IMG/VR virus record: IMGVR_UViG_3300031576_001126
Span: 64,001-128,000 of that record
Source of the DNA: a virus
Length of the DNA stretch: 64,000 bases
Reading direction: 5' to 3' (one strand)
The notes under the pieces are model-generated. The model was not told the origin of the DNA, searched no databases, and saw nothing but the letters and a program-made list of their open reading frames with translations. The translations under genes and the position numbers were made by a program. Below, in pieces: positions 23,901 to 31,000 of this stretch; the stretch's first letter is position 1, and the number at the start of each line of letters is the position of its first letter.

Positions 23901-24838
23901 AATTTTTTGCATCTTCTAATTCTATAAAAGAAAGCCTAGAAGAAATAAGAGATGTTAATTTGAAAGGTAAAAATTTGGTTGGTGTTCCGTTCAGTCCTCA
24001 AAGATTTATGACTGATGGATCCATTATTGTGGGTGTTCTTCCCAATAGGAAGAGAAGTGTTGCCGGATATCCAGATGAGTTTGATTTCGGTCCAAGTCCA
24101 GAATATCCAATAATCGATTCGGTACAACCAATTACTCAAGACAGAACATTACCAAATAATATTGCCGATTTGGACGCAGGAGTCGTAGCTCCAATTATAA
24201 AAGACGATATGTTTTATCTTTATAGAATTTATCCTTATGTTCTTGTTCCAGAACCGTTTGCCATAACTCCTGATGAAGAATTTCCGAAACTTCCAAACTA
24301 TAGACCGTCAACGGGGGATCTCCCAGATTCGTATAGCTATAATCTTGATCCAGATGACTTTCAGGGAGGAATTTCTACGGTCTTTAGCGGAATTACAATA
24401 GATGGGAATAACTGGATAATTGGAACAGATAACGGAATTTTTTATTCGACACAAGCTGGTAGAGATCCGGTTCCAACCGATAGTCAAGGAATAGCTGGAT
24501 CTGGATTTAAAATTCCAGCTTTAATCCAAACTTCAACTAACATTGTTCTTGCGGCAATAGTTTCGAATCAGGCGGTTTATCTTGCCAAGAGTGTGGAAAT
24601 TCCTTTAGGCAAAAACTGGGAAATAATAACTCCAACTATAAATAAATTTTCTGCGGCAGATGTTAAACGTATTTTTAATATCACAGAGGATGCTAATGGA
24701 TTCATTTATGTCACTACTAACGCTGGCATCTTTAAAGGTGATGCTAATGGAGATAATTGGGTTCTTTCTGGCAGTGTTGGAGATTTGGAAGCATTAAGTG
24801 GGAATCGAGTAATTGGACAGGAATTTCTGGTTATATAA
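5975..24838 (+). CDS. 6287-aa giant putative tail fibre/adhesin with many Asp-box (BNR) beta-propellers, Reg_prop-like blades, FN3-like and small beta-sandwich repeats, and three Tyr-Gly modules
   Basis: Uninterrupted 18.9-kb ORF with more than 12 Asp-box-type motifs (KSVDEGLSW, RTIDGGLNW, ISLDSGRTW, RSTDGGNTW, KSTDGGKTW, KSEDNGLSW etc.). Reg_prop-like SNTIRSVIEDNRGNIWVAS at ~18600. The N-terminus (RFQTVENQL...GGGVLSGW) resembles phage fibre anchor segments; no signal peptide is evident. Confidence 0.7.
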   Translation: MANRRTSKYLLQYFEDGDVYSAKADMQRFQTVENQLDLALKLSGGGVLSGWGLLQTSDQSGTTAITINPGFGIVPFTLTKIDQITGVATKEQHFIGVRTNAPIIIPNLGLNRISVIYIEINNQLIQNLQNNPEAIIDLSEEAILIIVRPSINSPAGSGPYRTTTSTNEAGLEKDISTGQSFDEYPIYFKKIDGLTFIPDNNKAVVFINDKKLFRRYFTTGSQGNVIGFNDPLHQEDNVIVRVDPLNSLVIGEVRTDNTKVIDINNEAKEFAREKSADSLVGPATQSHVHDGQEGNPSKILLTTKTDFISPSSTSEDRIFTFNKPDESVYGHNFANGTYETFVYINGFFSFNSASVLDNGSTITVTFQQSLEPIDVVQIVLVLNNDQTQIKSTLNLSGNNPSEEKVDINISGDSIKLDQIDPILIPAISHIGRHKEAMRPGNDPFSSREYVHRSENFDYQEFYPVHKNKFNARNAKHIFFDEKNSSLKLIHACASNDFLYMETDKLMFQLPENFIGGWSSITLNKDINEYDSPFIIIPVKNPINITSDNWDRLFYVGNRFINQNDWQDLNNPDLDEIVNLSFDLNTTPNTANRTNINGIRIQDACGGESPLLMDKTAFMLLDNRVYVYDYISNLSKYFWLDITSTPLWNEAVSLSCIEVEENTILFVGTSDGKIYCNILASSEINNRIDSGANFVPNGNIDFKPFNIWENNSYSYGYGYSQAIDFFDVFGVRGNVFGYGTSGYGFGNEEKLPIKVDNNLLFVTANVSEKNTVATVSDTSLSLVNNLLNTFVGKTSGLPNSFVLLDWFEIANGLSGEIRKVIFSNDRLVVTSDSDVYYSDEVGDKTNLYFKEDYTWTNAFAPSDTHNDINSTSNDILILASDNSIYRGVWNGLFYSWSVSENTIYGISINNILHPSSTIIVDENDIYSCGKYGIFKSVDEGLSWRSTTQIIGLPEDRNSVFTTEKIELRVLDTDPSLGRIIVSKSEFPYGYGYGYGYGEGLDFFDVFGIESTTYGYGVGDFESTYSNQYGYGYGLEISDILGFINDNDWIFFGDNSGSIYRNIPLRVLGHGVDVSGLFYLDVELADASKADFSEIIENQIFSIFRKKEPLAIINGIPQDRRYDSTDIEEYEADYFRQSVVFDNEINPDDEITIASEYKAYEPIFKSIIGLSIDDIRVNGLTVAVLPRDIDADNFIVISDSANIDDIVRITIKNLYITDVGSFSHEEIEDKLSIEELGLPYKLEGIRTSNLLISIMAMQHMFPNTTDLDSDTEINGTATSTARDYIDDSSKTFAPGSLIGRRIILDSEDKEFDYTIENNTASRIWILRKRTYDNFSENANGTESSFLLRTPAILNDFRAYLDGEEQALTADYTLESTLEGITTIVFTMPPVTGSHVIVAYVAVEDDLDFRDFINVGELYEILPIKTSPFSDLINTFVTMYEDESSIDVEFSFIENIILISNDDIGKKTDLTSYIYFNPVDEFIYAGTNKGIWKREKDVSVFCKTSELLPTIDATGSFNPPDTLNGLYVQYNKTTNEWTLTWGLGTNQRDINDNLDDINITAIAHNPADTDMILAGSQDCLYRTIDGGLNWNIVWDFRTDDRIKEFPVPRQIVFDDKNPWIVNVVNQSGLFRSFDYGNNFETISTYDIATRKLDASRSFSYQVDDSDIRGLYYYGENKLKIKNYKSISSFGADNSTVIETGDKNILGISLADLVIRKIENNTSNVNEVFLASEGYGVLKSTVMGNDPQVSRYDFKKQYFNFTDELIDQFNNPNNLNFINNTGAWHFLPDPDRPGETVGRYVIFIDNIRGRTYILTKIENGRRVPTHGEFIGKFITLEANTGFYTFKVIGHYNRGLLPSRTNAIYPNGKEISSQIVEFVLDGRYPFLYNSNLLPLIEDPPGSGNFRRKREGDFKYYWYGLDAPFSTHPALFPVIVQFGSQVPLFAPSNGSINRALVSNGNLFEKNFSGLITFASYRRSETLSPTSSSGNISYTFIKPSVDLFEYSYLFVNGTYRAEVVVNGKSTSNPNTITDTGSTIIVDFDVALSSGDTVGLVLFVINANTQNEEIMIEIHYPTFGGFGDAPPSYFLVVDGLKDFYFGDIQAEEKYKIISSRIKTLTPEEIPLFYAKIYLKLDPESFRDDDLDDLVRLWNIDAQNTPPTPSGRISHAAIFHSMIISSFVSNAITFNQGNLPTILSDGYDLRGYVLYPRLDSSAFFKILSNTEDTIVLDSNNILEIARIGDQSRVGMDIQSGRVLDITIDRNNPKIIYASAKDNPYISLDSGRTWRLINDGLPINSSINESFVKFEKIKIHNSYLYGCALNFAENLGGGIYRFDGNSWEQIGGIDGDDLIPKSVNDFAIFDDLGDTIIYAGTLQDGIYKGNDTLGSFVWEKQKLPDHIINSMDLVKKDNGDLERVWIGTAGKGLFRKDGLSDKTWEIEYDNILKNSEIKSVLWRPWNIFEKNSDIFVDSLFSTITTINTGFNLIETKKYVQVNYGPAESLGLENDPDLFDWEKIGEKKDDKEIPHVFSIDQSNASHITESIDRTITDHDLPDNRRLTAFVSGIKGSGALSENFGNGALLAGIGVPSNSLGIERVNIDSNQPTIYEEPFSHLPDRQSITTIEESDSGRIFFGTDRSGVWRTKSSNGRKYLLPFVENPSDSFDLSNYGYDYIVGRLERFLATSVSDFPNQNTFNRITGIDPTGEIGFIDTSSLFDGIGYSERFFRAENIYTYTVKSSESPDLFSDITLHGSDIIGGYFVLSEITNEARGVVGSNRIILEIINLKSESGDYKLFLSAGQRQAILPPQVISDAIWIAIDKEIESPSGNYNKIVIMDFEKYEDISGNLPKTDIKNSLGVKESAVFIRDMKVIGSEAVIGCGIGGLFVSKDINNLNTSDIEWFNILVPSEIKDITSIVCIPKTPTSGYGYGYGEGLDYFDVFGLDGSLYGYGLGLFEYDYSYGYGYGVGIEYESLDIYVGTWGNGVWAHKGGHWIGDIFTGGTWEEVDELNLKHKNIWKLFLSSNGLLYAGTEHGGIYVIDPNGGSWIREIDNITRSKLFIWKTEGYSTKNESVSVFTNKDNILTYSFGGGVMRSLDEGNSWEQAINGLSNIYVQDLTICPNSTSDTAYVATAGGGVYKTTNAFTGNCSWIKLPTNGLPENLNIDEIEVGNDPNIVYIKTRINDLSFKSLPLSIKNVASVSDPPIFEFGDWTGSLNTSLFNGTRFTPLQPYTKGDRKAIIFRSTDGGNTWESVYDKDPKFTDRDYRFSSSVFGLTLRPGQNDIVHFLYKSTLTSNNPSVGNIDSFFFVTMNGDQIISETIFPLDSYQNLKILNQRTDAYISVNPMNFDEIYISLHGNVGSTFQLPPIYKSTDGGKTWFYSNGHFTSSESFNTKLQISNKIPPSVSAVVSDVSSSISLIGNTENIDKNTAIFENTKIFFSSNFNRIITSSFTQTTTEDPFTDSLFFTYRDEPVVGEINSYPRSFYLTGATIQPNINQPTIIAIQNGGHGDFLPKLTKGVGNSNNPQFVTVVLDQTFSGAILDPISNKCKIGNLTSIKIDYSSLPTESIFRKENSLIGLDISIGGIATKIAIHRALYPVVSSTIPNKIELIVIGDFGSSIAIGTVMSVTLKQPIYSNYDNDLMLSVNSGVSWKKIGKESFSLALDNIKGIANNTVLPTTVPLTVRSTYLLQDEGENSVVYRGDARDERYENQSIERLIWTKIVIDSTFKSNKTLFNGLAFSESRSAIYISESNKISKISISPSISVTTLFDNLNISHPLVVSEANSNDMLFVANSSVYSSKDGFETFQVFTLPQAITPASIKRIVLSRNPDIPDEVFLCVDAGQSFEQSTFNSSGVISEGTTNIIRFALSVGQKNPFENFIKRYISFEVNGSNSIFNTRIERITSSEIYTLSTIVGSVISFSYDTITNKTSLTGNGSPLDAGAYAGNIVTIQTSLNVDALTIFTSRVEDVENITESTFDIIVNGDLRQTFEDNDIDFNTKFPSLRIGKLGDFLTVDYSGKITASRSTNQTLQNGLWYSNTFGEGFVKIDGLEIGGIDDRPGCLDAYLFDNGRVSAILNNDDTIRILTNNNRLPSGNINKVFTTPDGNIFALTSNGLCVIEGDEELEFSSFFYNNFTNIMDLGADQRYIFDAENKTFILSGIPNEFYGDETPTLASFNFNNVVATLKDSKETIWVGTEGFGLYAVFGNNIYNFNADNSNIGSNTIRSVIEDNRGNIWVASGNGGVSTSFYGDNINEIPAIVWTNFPTGIGFTENTGLTGAVNSINVRNTMSIIADGTVDVPQVNIDWTNISSVFPKSIILRSNSTITPSVVNGTDITFVPIRDIVLTIEEETNNGNLVWRITGSTAIDYGTNNLIGKHIVPDTRSNTNGFEIIFNSFNSFDIQRVEDENPPSIGNFMIVEKIDSAFVVYAGDGTDIGFNFSDVDLPNNNQYTYFLFFYNDVNFIYKLTDRKTVELSDSEIDSQNELDMICGGSGGLFKFTPSEDTQFTFIASFGEGNDITNIFFDTSNIGWLAATSKLVEFNSPNIITEFGINDLFSGKTDSIPSSMIVRNAAERSNGDIVIATDVGLSIRDIAEFTSIIENDPDISFRDDSGNLTLNDWRPSTLLSAGSDQFSFIDVGENNALLAVRKNIFSTSSGGNNWSITNNNDDNVIFDTIKFAHKIEKDNEIIDILFFTDRSIYSSGSDNIDILETENLPSRSGILESYSIGDMWLSEGPSSSRLIIGMYNNNIVEEERELAIIDFSSPDEFTTPVTFISGKDGLSIQSAYSFAEINDGLDIIICSGCKDSIIFKKNSDSWKPFITGEIEPETFVYTSLSARVDEESIEHGKTLYATRTPIYGVDFAPQVLSFRIDAPLVDNKVFKYDVNGSLAGRVRDGFRIYPSPIIKVDRPAIGEYNPQWFQKNIYRGHIGAVKFIESSRSLVLGGFANTLMVIPFTAERSDDFRKLACGVYSGLRGHRNFIPNQAAYSSTEYVGFYLPYEINEDSIFASGVFSFSSGLNNKTESNFLTKNKNAWSVKFNEEDGFASYLHFGQNNFNDNKKFKFNSTDNISYLMKTRDGGQIWYSSINNVTGESEFPVASVGDWIFNKLDQDNIIISTVNGLYESGEYNSGIFVTFDGGHGWSNVTDVLPKVPAKSIELIEDKVYAGMLGYGVFNTSLASINSLVPDWEQFESRYTTLNGINIGLWNVTSIEEDRINPERLLIGTTNQGVVQSLNSGESWSFDDNGIPSGNITVIKMLAVNPFVTLVGIKNDGLYIKNNDIQKYEKKTNGLPTNSNIRDIKIDITFSDIYLEFNYSNSLNDFILIIRADFLPPSRTPENGVLYQVGGEIENANVVYFGNEDFSLNKFVDRNGKIRDGIPYYYRFFTLNLDGTYTERDIILGKSTLVESLKITDTSSARLADPFPTSGNGLKHRIVKPSTLTTQSKPMEIVSNTGTELFLRADPFEILNRGGDATFGNSILRNQQYRIDSTLIVIPIKINPIYIIAEDISNGISKVYYSNNNGESWFERNSGITSTDIRTLTLEILNIESRLLLEQAAIYISTADGVFKSEDNGLSWNEISSSSGTNILPNSIPYRKVVVDLEDCNIVYALNDNGETFRSLNEGDSWELMNSFDGEFNVADIVSFFTNHIYVGTNGDGIIRLENSVRDRIDLNVIADGNISFFDIDFIEIGDFASTDTNSITASTLVKNDSISNNREQIRFKTKEYANNIQILIKNNDIPFNVEDVFIGDQLANPPSNPFILRIPETEDDPTIVNQIISLSDNNLYAATNRGAFFTSDFGLKWNKINNPELPDEILDIADIRNNELALATASGLWTSTNDRKDFGIIESSGKRINTIFESSDRIVRNLIRGGENGLRITIENSKSIIAFSGKNRQIKLSWGDIFNRVDGGWSENTQIILADPIFRPIKPDDNSLTSFDGWDHALIVRKGPFTTFEKALAAGINNNIFAPQTQVVYPTNTLVSVYNTPISIAQFFASSNSIKESLEEIRDVNLKGKNLVGVPFSPQRFMTDGSIIVGVLPNRKRSVAGYPDEFDFGPSPEYPIIDSVQPITQDRTLPNNIADLDAGVVAPIIKDDMFYLYRIYPYVLVPEPFAITPDEEFPKLPNYRPSTGDLPDSYSYNLDPDDFQGGISTVFSGITIDGNNWIIGTDNGIFYSTQAGRDPVPTDSQGIAGSGFKIPALIQTSTNIVLAAIVSNQAVYLAKSVEIPLGKNWEIITPTINKFSAADVKRIFNITEDANGFIYVTTNAGIFKGDANGDNWVLSGSVGDLEALSGNRVIGQEFLVI
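8108..8209 (+). repeat. Tyr-Gly module copy 1 (protein-level repeat)
   Basis: Encodes YSYGYGYSQAIDFFDVFGVRGNVFGYGTSGYGFG. Confidence 0.85.
8933..9070 (+). repeat. Tyr-Gly module copy 2
   Basis: Encodes YGYGYGYGYGEGLDFFDVFGIESTTYGYGVGDFESTYSNQYGYGYG. Confidence 0.9.
14720..14842 (+). repeat. Tyr-Gly module copy 3
   Basis: Encodes GYGYGYGEGLDYFDVFGLDGSLYGYGLGLFEYDYSYGYGYG. Confidence 0.9.
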
Positions 24839-25074
24839 TGGAGAAAAACATGAACGATGAAGAAAGGCTGAAGTTGGTCAACTACTTTGGAATAGATTAT
24901 GATGATTTTTTTAAAGAGTGTTATCAAGTTAATATTTATCAGGATATGCCGGATATTCCCATGGATGAGTATTTAGAAAAAATAAAAGAAGAAGACGAAC
25001 GTCTGCTTGATTTTTTAAAAGATATTGTGGATCTTGATAAAGATGTCAATATATTTAAAGATATAGGACTATAA
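24838..25074 (+). CDS. Small acidic hypothetical protein (78 aa)
   Basis: ATG at 24838 overlaps the TAA of the giant gene (TAATG). The product is D/E-rich (MEKNMNDEERL...) and fills the gap to the next gene. Confidence 0.6.
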   Translation: MEKNMNDEERLKLVNYFGIDYDDFFKECYQVNIYQDMPDIPMDEYLEKIKEEDERLLDFLKDIVDLDKDVNIFKDIGL

Positions 25075-25077
25075 AGA

Positions 25078-28000
25078 ATGTCTGTAACCGTAAATAATAT
25101 CGGTTTATATTTATCTAGCAGGGTTGGCAACAGAACTGATTATAAGCTAGTTTTGTCTGTCTATGTTGCAGATCATGCCAATGGAGGTGTTCCCGATGGA
25201 AATTTGCCGCTAATTACTATCGAAAGAACTGTTGACGATATAGATTACTCAGGGTGGTTTGTTTTCAATTTTCCATATCCTGTTGTTTTAATTCCAGACT
25301 ATTATTGTATAACGCTTTATCAAAAACCCGACAATGTTGATTTCCCTGTGGACTTTAGCGTAAATTTCGTTCAGTGGTTTTATACTTCTTGTGAAGATCA
25401 CTCTAACAAGGGCGTGAGTTCTTTCTCTTCTGATCTTCAATTCACTTCGGATGTCTATGGATATGGATACGGGGGAGGCGGCTATGGGAGCACGTATGCC
25501 ACTTCGCCAATTTATGGATATGGATATGGATATGGCGATCCGGCGGATGCTTTAGATTTTTTTAATATATTTGAAGCTGGCGAAAATGATTATGGTTATG
25601 CGATAGGTCAACCGTCTTTTTTTTATAGTTATGGTTATGGTTTTGAATATGTCGATTTTGTTACAGATGATGTTATACAGAGAAATTTTAAAGTTTATGA
25701 AGATTTCAATCATATCGAATTTGAAGGTGAAAATAATGCCTGCATAAACATACCTGCGGCAGAAGAAATAACGCTAATCTTAAATAATAGACAAGAATTT
25801 TTAATGGCAGAACAAGATGGAACGGCCATTGTTAATGATTTTATAACTCTCGATGGCTTTGGAGAAAGATTAATTTCAACAAATGTTTCTCCGTTAACAT
25901 CGGATTGCATTTCCAACAAAAATGTGGATTGGTTTCCGGCAAATTTCGCTTTATCAAGCAATGATTTGAATTATGTAGATACAGTGAATTCGCTGGGAAA
26001 TACAAATCCATTTAATGTTAATATGGCATCTTCGCCATATTATGGTGGGATATATATAAGTGTTGATGGAGGCTCTTCATGGGATGCTAAAAATGATGGA
26101 CTAACACTAGTCGACAATAGCATTAGAAATATAAGTTGTGTAAAGTTTGGACCAGATGGATCTTTTATTTTAGCTTTTGATAATACAAGTTTATCAGAAA
26201 GAGGAAAGGTTTTTAAAAGCATTAATCTCGGAGAATCTTGGACGGAATTAATTTTGGCAAGTGCGACATTATCTGGAATAATTGTTAATGATGGATTTGT
26301 AATTAGTTCTTCTGAGATATGGATAGGAACCGACAATGGGGTTTACAGATCTCTTGATGCAGGAACCACATGGTTCCCTGAAAACAATGGTTTACCATCA
26401 TTAACTAATGTTAATCAAATTCTTGTAGATTTAGATATTCTCGGAAACTATGGATATGGTTATGGTGGAGGAGAAGGAATAAGTTATTTTGATGTTTTTG
26501 GATCAGATGGTTCTTTATTCGGTTACGGATTCGGATCTTTTGAAATGAGTTTTTCAGAGAATTTTGGTTATGAATATGGATATGAGTATGGTTTTTCCGG
26601 AGGATCTTCGAGGATAGTTGCCATAGCTACGGAATTCGGAGCTTATTGGCTTGTTAACGGTGTTTGGGAAAGAATATATCCAGATATTGGCCAACCAGAA
26701 GAAAATACTAATACAATTCTATTTAGTAACAATAATATATTTATAGGCAAAGACGATGGATTAATAAGATCAGAAATAGTTGGACCTGACGAAGAATTCG
26801 ACAGAATTCGCTTCAGAGGGCATAAAACTTCAGAAGCGATAAATGGAGATTTTTATGTAATCGGTTTGTCTAGAAGAAAAACAACAAAAGTTAGATTGAA
26901 TAGAAATAAAGAATCTGAAATTTTTGTGGCACAACACGGAGGAGTGTTCTTTTCTGAAAATGATGGTGGAAACTTTGTAAATCTAACAAAAAGTATATCG
27001 GAAAGATCATTAAAAATAAAAGATATAATAACCAATCCAATAGATAGCGAAATTATATATGCATCCGTAGAAACCACAAAATTTGCAAATGCTGGGGTTA
27101 CAATCTTGGTGGATTGCTCTGGAAGCATGGTAGCAAACGATCCTGAAGAAAAGCGCATAGATATGGCCCTAAACATTGTTGATAACATTGTTTCTGTGGC
27201 GGTCAATACTCCATATTTCCAAATAATAAGATTCGGAGTTTCAGAAAATATTTTATTAAGAAATCAATCAATTTACAATTCATTAAGGACTCAAGGTGAA
27301 GATTTCGATATAATTGGAGCCTTTAATTTAACAAAAAATATAAAAGGAAGAATAGTTGATGCTGGATATTCAAGCAATGTGACTTTAGTAAGAAAGGCAC
27401 TAGATGTTTCTTGTCGAGAGCCTTCTAGTGCAAGAGAACATGCGAGAACGTTGTTCTTTGATGCCCTAACGGCAACATCTACTGGTTTGGCTAATTTTGG
27501 ATCAAGATGGGAATACAAAGAGAATGTATCTAAGTATATTTTCGATGATATTTCTTCTAATTTTTATAACAACTTAGATAAATCTTTGATAATAATAACT
27601 GATGGAAACGATACTGTTGACGGGAAAACTCTACAACAATTAATAGATAGCTCATCAAATTATAACAATATTCCGTCAAAGACATACATCGTTGGGGTTG
27701 GGCATAATATAAACTTTGAAAATTTAAAAGCGCTTAGAGAGAGCAATAAAAATTCAAAACTTTATCTGGCTCCATTCGATGAAAACATATATTCAACATT
27801 ATCAGATGATGTTTCTGATGTAATTCTTGATCGTGAAAAATTCAGGAACAGATCTGGAATTTGGAGAAAATTAATAGATCTCGAAGAACCAAAAATAACA
27901 AAAAATGTAATTTTAAAGGCCAATGTTCCGTCTTCAACAACACTAACCTATAGACTAAGAACTACAAACAATAAAAAAGACTTCACGGATTTCACTGTAG

Positions 28001-31000
28001 ATTTTCTTCCAAATACTATAAACACTGTGAATTTATCTGGAAGATATATTTCTATTGCTATCAATTTTGAAAGCGAATCAACTTCTTTTGCGCCGGAAGT
28101 TTCTGAAATAAGATTTACGATTTTAGAGCCAAGTAGAAGCTATGTCAATTTTCCGATAAAAAACACAAGCAATTCCGACAGAATATCCGAAATAGAACTT
28201 TCTTCATTAGATGATTTATCTTTGGGAAATGTTTCGTCCGATGTTGTTAAAATGAATTTCGGTTTAATTCAGTCGGAAAGCACAAACTTTAAATTTTCAA
28301 ACAAAGTTCACAGAGATTTAAGATCCGTCATGCTTAAAAGGGATTTTGAAGATTTAACCAGCGAAGATGGGTTCTTTTTTAAAGCAAAAAATGGCCCTTG
28401 GCCTGGAGATACTGTTGTTAGGGTTGTTGATTTTTTAGAATTTAACGCAAATCCAAACGAAGGCGTTATAGACGGAAGCCTTTATTTTGCCATACCAAGC
28501 GAGGGGCTTATTATATTTTTTGACAAAGTAAACTCCGATAAAAAAATAAAACTCGATCTTGATTTTATATCTCAGTACAGAATTGGAACAGAAATTATAA
28601 ATCTTAGCGATGCTATCGATTGTTTTAATCTTCATGATATTGCTTGGGTTTACTATACCGATTCTAATAGTGTTTTACCAAGATCAGCTTTGCCAAAAGT
28701 CCCATCTCAATTAGCTGGATTGGAAACATTTGGGATTCTTTCCGATGGAAATCATGAGACGGGCTTTGGGTTAGCAACGACATATCTTGTGCAGTATATA
28801 TTAAATGATGTTTTCAACAATGGCATAATATCTATAACAAATGGACAAAGAATAAATTTAAAAACAACTGGAAATTCAGATATACTTAGATTCTATAATC
28901 AGAATGCGTTTTTGCCTCCAACTCAAATAGAAAATGCCCTGGACGATGGATTTCTGAGAGTTTTAAACACTCAAGGAATTGATTTTGGAATAGTAACAAT
29001 TCAACAAACTACGACTTCTCCATTGCACTATCAAATCAACGTTAAAACAAGTAGTCAAATAACTGTTGGAGAATCTGTTGTGTTTTCGATTGGAGATAGA
29101 AGCCAAGGCAGCAGGGGAATTTCCACAGAAACATTTCAAGAGAATCTATTATTTAAAAGTAACGAAGAAACAGTTTGCGAGTTTCAAACTAATTTTTATA
29201 TTGGCCAGAAATCTGGAACTCAAACTCCAAGTGTTCAAAACGGAGACTTTGATAAAATAATAACTCCAAACTTGAACCTCATAGGTCAAAATGCAACTTC
29301 TATAATTGTTTTGTGTCCAACTACCGTTTCTCCGGGATCTTTCTTCAATGTAAAATTCATAGCCGTTGATGATTTAGGAATCGTAGACAAAGAATTTACT
29401 GGAACAATACAATTTGATATAGAAAACCCAACCATGGGGACTTTTGTTGATGGGTTTTCAAAACAATTTTCCCTATCCAATTCCGGTGTTTTGGATATGG
29501 CAGTTTTGGCATCATCATCCTTATCTGGATCAACAAGAATAAGATGTGGAATAATTGTAAATCAAGAACAATCTTCATCAACTTCTTTTGATCCAACTTT
29601 ATTTGATAATATTTTCTTTAGCAATACATTTCTGATAGATTCTTCGTTCTCTGTAAAATGGGGGGATCTAAATATATCCACTATATTTGGTGACGGAAGA
29701 CAAGATATAGATTTTGTAGCGAATTATGCTGAAAAAACTTCCGCATTGAATTTTATTGGAATAACAGATGATATCGATATTCTTGACGATCAAGAATGGG
29801 CATATACTTTATTCAGAACGGATGCTCTGACTAACAACAACTTGGTCATATACCCCGGATTTAGACATAGAGCAAGCGATTTTTATGGAGAAAGAATGGT
29901 TGTTTTTGGCGGAACAGATGCCACGACAACACCACAAACACTTGCGTCTTCTTTGAAACCAATAAATTTTTCAAATCCTCAAGAGCAACTTACAAATCTT
30001 GTTAATGGATTGACAAATAAAGACTATATAACAATACCAATTCACACTCCATATCAGACAGATCAAACGGATTTCTTCTTTAGAGGAAGGGGATTCCTTT
30101 TGGATAGATATAGAAATATTGTTGACATATCTGCTTCGATGGAATCTTTTATCACAAACATAGAGTCTTCTTTCGAAATATATTCCGAACATGGTAATGC
30201 CGAAACTCCAGATTTTTATCAAAGCGAAAATTTCATAGGGAGTGAAAGCAATCTATTTGAAACTACGGCTTATGTTCAAAGAGCACTGTTTATCGGGAAA
30301 AGATTAGGATTTGTTGCTGGATCCGGTGGTTATCATAGCCGTTCTGGTTATTATAAAGGAGATAGTTCTCCAAGAACTCAATTAATAGTGGGTTCCGTTG
30401 CCTCAAACAGGGGATTGACTGCCGTCTTAACTGAAAATGTAGATAGAACTGAAATATTCAACAAAATTAAACAAAGAAAAACATATGCGACAACAGGAGC
30501 AAGGATGTTTTTGCATTTTGAAGCAACAACCCAAAGTCAAACTAAAGGAATGGGAGAGGTTTTCTCGAATTTAGATTTTGACACTTTTGGAGATCCAATC
30601 GACACAATAACATTTAAAATTAGAGCTACTTCTGATAATTCTACAATAACAAGAATCCAGATAATAAAAATAAAAATTGACGAAAATATAACGACAGTTC
30701 TAGATAGCAGAATAAGTGGGGTTCCTCCGTTTAATGTTGTTGATTTTGGCAATGACACCGGGCTTCTTGCTTTTGTGGAAGATATAAGTGATAATGCTGA
30801 AAATCAAGAATATTGTTATTATGTAAGAATTTCCCAAGACGATGGACATTTTGCTTGGTCGAGTCCTATTTGGTTTAACTTTGGAAGAGAAGAAGGAATT
30901 AGAATCACAAGCGATGTCAATTTTAGAACTGTCTCTCAACCAAGTTTGAGTTCTGATCAAGGCGATATTCCGGAAATACCATATTCTTTGTCCAAAAATC

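Noticed and set aside
8108-26592. TATGGA-like runs as DNA microsatellites or DGR variable/template repeats
   Set aside because: Differences between copies are mostly synonymous and not adenine-specific, and there is no reverse transcriptase in the window.
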